Source: Oopsacas minuta
Taxonomy: Eukaryota > Animalia > Porifera
NCBI GenBank assembly: GCA_024704765.1
Contig: JAKMXF010000277.1
Coordinates: 434,001 to 498,000, forward strand
Length of the DNA: 64,000 nucleotides
Direction: 5' to 3'
Below are positions 59,498 to 64,000 of the stretch, one piece after another. Both the position numbers and the translations under genes were made by a program. The first letter of the stretch is position 1. Each line of letters begins with the position of its first letter. The notes under the pieces are model-generated. The model was not told the origin of the DNA. It searched no databases and saw nothing but the letters and a program-made list of their open reading frames with translations.

Positions 59498-62400
59498 CAG
59501 TGTTCAATCCAGGATTTACTTTTTGGGGGAAGTTGTCATTAAGGGCAACGCTATAGATCTCTGGCTATTCTTTTGTTTATTTAGCCCAATTAAGATACTA
59601 CTTAATTAAAAACAACGTCACTTACAATATGAATATTTGAAAATCTGTGTTAATTAACAATTCGTAAGAGTTAAGCTTGAACCTCACAATACTATTCTAC
59701 TGTTCTTTTGCACTTTATAATAATCAACTAATTCCTTCAACTTATTATTCGTTAGGTGATCAGGGCCTTCAATGCATATGTGCATCCTATATTCAAGCGT
59801 GTCCTCGCCAATCCAGCTTCGGAGTCTTGTTTTAATAGTTTTATACTGCTAAATGTACTGTCAACAGTGGCTGTTGTTACTAGTAAAACTTCTACTATTG
59901 CAGCTAAATTTGATAAGTTTGGAACTGCAATCGAAATGTCCCCGCTGCTGATCAATTTCGTTAGTACATCTTGCAAAGTGCTATTGTTGAATTGCCTCTA
60001 AATTATCCGCCGAAACAATTTCCGTTCTGCTTCAGTTTCCTCTCCATCAATGTCTGGTTGTGACACCATCATCATCACCAAAGTACATCTGAAAGCATAT
60101 AGATACAAAGTACAGTTTTCTATTTTGACAAGAGAGTCGCAATTCCATGTGCTTGTGCATCACAAGTTTCATCATAATGCTCTTCAAATGTGCGTACCAG
60201 GCTTGGACCGGGTCATGATTTCCTGACCCGGTAAGCTCTGACCCGGTACAAAAGGTTGAAACCTCTGACCCGGTCACCCGGTTTTTCAAAACATTAATTT
60301 TCTATATTCATGCGATTTGATAACGATTAGATTTTACTAAGTTTTAATATCCAGGGATTTGGCAATTAAAATCCAGGGAAATTTGTAGAAGGGGTTGATA
60401 AGTCTGAACAAGGCATAGTGTTTTAAAACTCGCCTAGGGTCCTAATAGTTAAAGTTGGGATATATGGCAGCTGGGGCCCTAGTGTTTTCTGTTAGCACCA
60501 TATTTTTGTTCCAGAAGTCCTGAAAATATGTTCTGATTTTGATATATGAAATTTACTATATTTAAGTAACGCTAAGAACAAATGATAATTATGATTAATG
60601 GAGATAAGGCTTAGTAATTTAATTGGAGATATACTAAGTGAAGTCTGTCATATTATCTTCTTTTTCAATGCATCATTAAGAAGAACTAACCCCTCCACTG
60701 TATCTGGATTCAATTTTTCCCGATCTTTCCTCGTAACGCGATCGGCAGAACTAAAGTGGCGTTCCGATTCAGCCGAACTAGCCTGAATTACTAAAAATGA
60801 CTGTGACAGGAAACAGGTAATTGGGAATCTGCAACTGTGTTTCCCCCACCACTTTATAGGATCAAAGATATCTTCATCATATTGGATGGAAATGATCTTT
60901 TCATAGCCTGTTAATTCTGATCTCAAATTTTCTTCATTCCAATTCGTATAATTATTAGTTGAAACTGTAGTACTACAGTTCCTAAAGCATAAAAGTGGAT
61001 CTAATCTGTTACTTTTAGGAGCTGATGGCAGAAGAGGTTCATCTACCTGATTTTCCTGAATTTGGAATTGTGGGGGAGGAATTAATTTCTCTTTAAATGC
61101 AAGTATAATACCTTCTCTTGCAGTTTTAAGGAAAATGATGCGATCTTGTTTATTCTTCACGAATAGAATTTAGAGATGTCACACCTTTTGTACAAGTTCT
61201 TCTGTCATTATTCGTTTCAGAATACGTGTTAATGGATCATCCTCTGTTTCTATTTCCCAAGCATTTTGAAGAGCATAATATGAAGGTGCCACATTCTGAA
61301 TACTAGCTATAGATCCAAATTCGAGGATATCGAATATACGATTAAGTTTTTCAAAAACTTCGTGACGATAGCCAAAAGATTCAAGTCTATTCCTGCAACA
61401 ATGTAAGCCTTATTCTTCTCTGTTAATATGTCTGATAACTTTCCATATGACTGCAAAATCGAGTTAAACATTGAGTAAAGACTTCTCCATGGCCTTGTCT
61501 TACCACCTCTTTTCAGTGATATAGGTAGTTCCGATTGAATTCCAGATGATTTTTTTGCAAATGTAACTGCCTTATTAACGTCATCATGAAGCTGGTCGAG
61601 TTCCTCATTTTCCATCATAGCTCGTTCCCATCCAGTTTTAATCGCGGTATTAATTCTGTGACAGGCACAATCTATCCTAATCTTTTGTGCAGTAGCAGCC
61701 ACCATATTTGCTCCCTTGTCTGTTGTAACAGGAGTATTAGCAGGATCACAATATACTTCTGTTAAAATTTGATCTAGTTCAAACCCAATATTTTCAGAGG
61801 TTTTAATTTGGGAAAAACTTTGCAAGCATACATAGCGCATTTGAGGGTCCATAATTCTTTACCAATATCACTCTCATCCGTACCCTGTGAAATCCAGAAA
61901 AAGGAAACATCTAGGTAACTTCGATTCATAACATTATCTGTCCAAAGATCTGTTGTGAAAGCAACAGTATCCCTCTGTATTGGATCTTGGAGTCTAGAAC
62001 AAATATCTTGTTTGATAGTAATGATCTGTTCAACTGTTGATTTTGATATAGCCTTTCGTCCAGGAAGTATATTAGAAGCACTCACATTACCATATTTTGC
62101 ACCAATTCTGATCATTTCTTGAGAGAAAAGGATGAATTGTGGATTTCCAATGGTATTAAATGACAAAAATGCCCCCGCAACGAAATTTCTACTAGAGATA
62201 AGAATTTTTGAGCATCCTGTTTATTTATAATATCCTTAGAACTTCTATTAAGAAGAGACGTGATTCTAACCTGTAAGGATGATGATACATCTGGACTACA
62301 ATGTCGTGTGTGATCATTCAAATTCTTTGTTCCATAATCAATAATCTTACCACTATCCATTTTCATTTTATAAATAATGCATTTGAGACAATGGTTACAG

Positions 62401-63185
62401 CATGCTACTCCAAAAACAATGTTCCGTTATCGTTCAAAACTTCTGAAAAATATTTCCAACAAGTACTTATGTTCAAACGTGTGGAAGATTTTACTTTTAA
62501 GGTATAAATTTCATTTTCAACTTTCTTACTAATATCAGCACAATCCATCTCTAAACATACAAAAGTATACTACATATCTATATACGTACATAAAAGTATA
62601 TATGTATATAAGTATACAGTAGTAATGATACCAAACAAGTTAGTAAAATACTAATGATTCATGAAAATGAAATGTCTAACTAATATTAACTGAATTATTA
62701 TGATTTACAAACCGTTATAATTTAATTATCCATAAAGATATAAACCGGGTCAAGTCAAAATCAGTGAACCGGTTCAAACCCGGTTGACCCGATGACCCGG
62801 TTTATTCGTGACCCGGTCCAAGCCTGGTGCATACCATGCTGGGATACTCCGCGCACAGCACACACGGCTCTTTCACGTGCGAGCCATAGAGCATCACCAG
62901 GTTTTACCATTATAATCTCAGCAGATTGGAGTTCCGCTTGGATCAGTGAAATTTTTTCTGTTTTCTTGGGAGAATAATGGAAAGCTTTCCAGATTGTTAA
63001 CATTGTTACCTAAACTCTCATTATTTGTACATGTTCTGTACAAGCATTGACAGCAGAAAGTTGAAATTTATGGGACTGTAGTGGATATAAATTGCACTTC
63101 TTGCAAGTGATCTCAGACGCCTTTGAACGCTACTTATATGGCCAGACATTGTATTAGTAACAACAAACCCAAGGACAGCTCTCTC
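59498..63185 (-). mobile_element. Decayed ZNF862-like hAT element, split by a younger hAT
   Basis: GF..TNTMSGH..VQRRL, LTIWKAFHYSPKK, KPGD..WLARERAV, then after the insert VRTFEE..HGIATLL and PNLSNLAAIVEVL.VTTATV. Candidate 3' TIR CAGTGTTC at 59498. The 5' part is missing. Confidence 0.7.
60198..62826 (-). mobile_element. Ac/hobo-type hAT transposon with BED finger, 2629 bp, transposase frameshifted
   Basis: TIR CAGGCTTGGACCGGGTCA at both ends with TGACCCGG subterminal repeats. 8-bp TSD GTGCGTAC / GTGCATAC. Motifs WKYF..CNHC..H..HC, AFTTDLWTD, TTDKGANM, CACHRIN, ASSAESERHFS. Confidence 0.92.
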
Positions 63186-64000
63186 TCAGGGACATCGTCA
63201 GGTGGATAAGCTTGTCAGTGCCACAGGGTGTTAAGTCAGTGTAGGTGAATGCTATGCTGATTGTTCCATGTGCAGTCCCAATCTGGAAAATCCCTCCATC
63301 CAGTAAACATCCGTAACAGTACCAATGAGACTGTTGGGACCAATGCTAGCCCTGTCAGGGTAAGGAATGGCATCCTCACATTATCCCCTTTCAATAGTCT
63401 TCCTACGTTTCATACTAGACTGTATCATGTCAGCTCCTTGCTTTCTGAGTGCTCTCCAGCTTCTTTGACGGAGCCTCTCAGCATTTCGCGCTATCCAACA
63501 ATACTCATCGCGCGCGCAGAAGTACTGTACTGGAGTCTTACCGTACGCATCTAGTCGGTCCAGGTAGTCAGCCAGATGAAATGGGGCCAGAGGTAATGTT
63601 AATATAAGGTGTAACTTGTGTTCCGATCTGCAGGGTACAGTAAGGTTGTAGGAATCGTCATCAAGATCGTCGGCAAACACATATCCTGCCTTTGTTGGTT
63701 TGGCAAATGCCGCAGAGGCGTACGAAGAGGACAATTAATGCACGAAGCACTTGACAGTTGTGGCTCATGAAATACTCGTAGACCCTGTTACATCCGCCAT
63801 GACTGAGCTCGTGATGTGAGGCCACTAACGTATCCCACAGGTCTTAGCCATACGCGTAATTTGCTCCATGAAGTCCCCGGATATCATCCCTTCACCTACA
63901 GGACCTTTACTCACTCAAACTCCTCCACAGGATAGCGCAATTTGGTCCTGCCCCAATTGGGATCGTTGGTGTTGCAACCATCCTTTCTATAGCTCTCTAT
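63186..64000 (-). pseudogene. KRBA2/SCAND3-like (Ginger-type) integrase relic, C-terminal half, running off the window edge
   Basis: ALRKQGADMIQSSMKR..IERGDNVR / IPYPDRASIGPNSLIGTVTDV and SLRE resemble KRBA2-like post-catalytic segments. Several frameshifts. Confidence 0.5.

Overview
AT-rich eukaryotic (metazoan) genomic DNA with GT-AG introns, no operons, no CRISPR and no rRNA. Most short ORFs in the supplied track are antisense shadows or transposon fragments. The gene and transposon content resembles a sponge such as the glass sponge Oopsacas; this is an inference from recalled protein families, not a database result. Host genes: (1) a 7-exon, ~1190-aa ankyrin-repeat TRP (TRPA-like) channel spanning 7971-37504 (+), with all six splice phases compatible; (2) the terminal exon of a BCH/CRAL-TRIO (BNIP2/PRUNE2-like) gene (-); (3) two decayed intronless NHL-repeat genes near the left end. 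The rest is layered DNA transposons whose ends and target-site duplications (TSDs) can be read directly. These include a Buster/Charlie hAT, two THAP P/Galileo-like elements with 7-bp TSDs plus relics, a DD41D Tc1/mariner, a decayed Gypsy pol, and MULE-type foldbacks and MITEs. A near-intact Chapaev (CMC) element has ~416-bp TIRs, a 4-bp TSD and a RAG1-like N-terminal Zn finger. Two multi-level nests stand out. In TRP intron 4, a P-like element carries both a MULE foldback and the Chapaev. At 59-64 kb, an Ac-like hAT sits inside a ZNF862-like hAT, which sits inside a KRBA2/Ginger-like integrase relic. There is one assembly gap (36096-36617).
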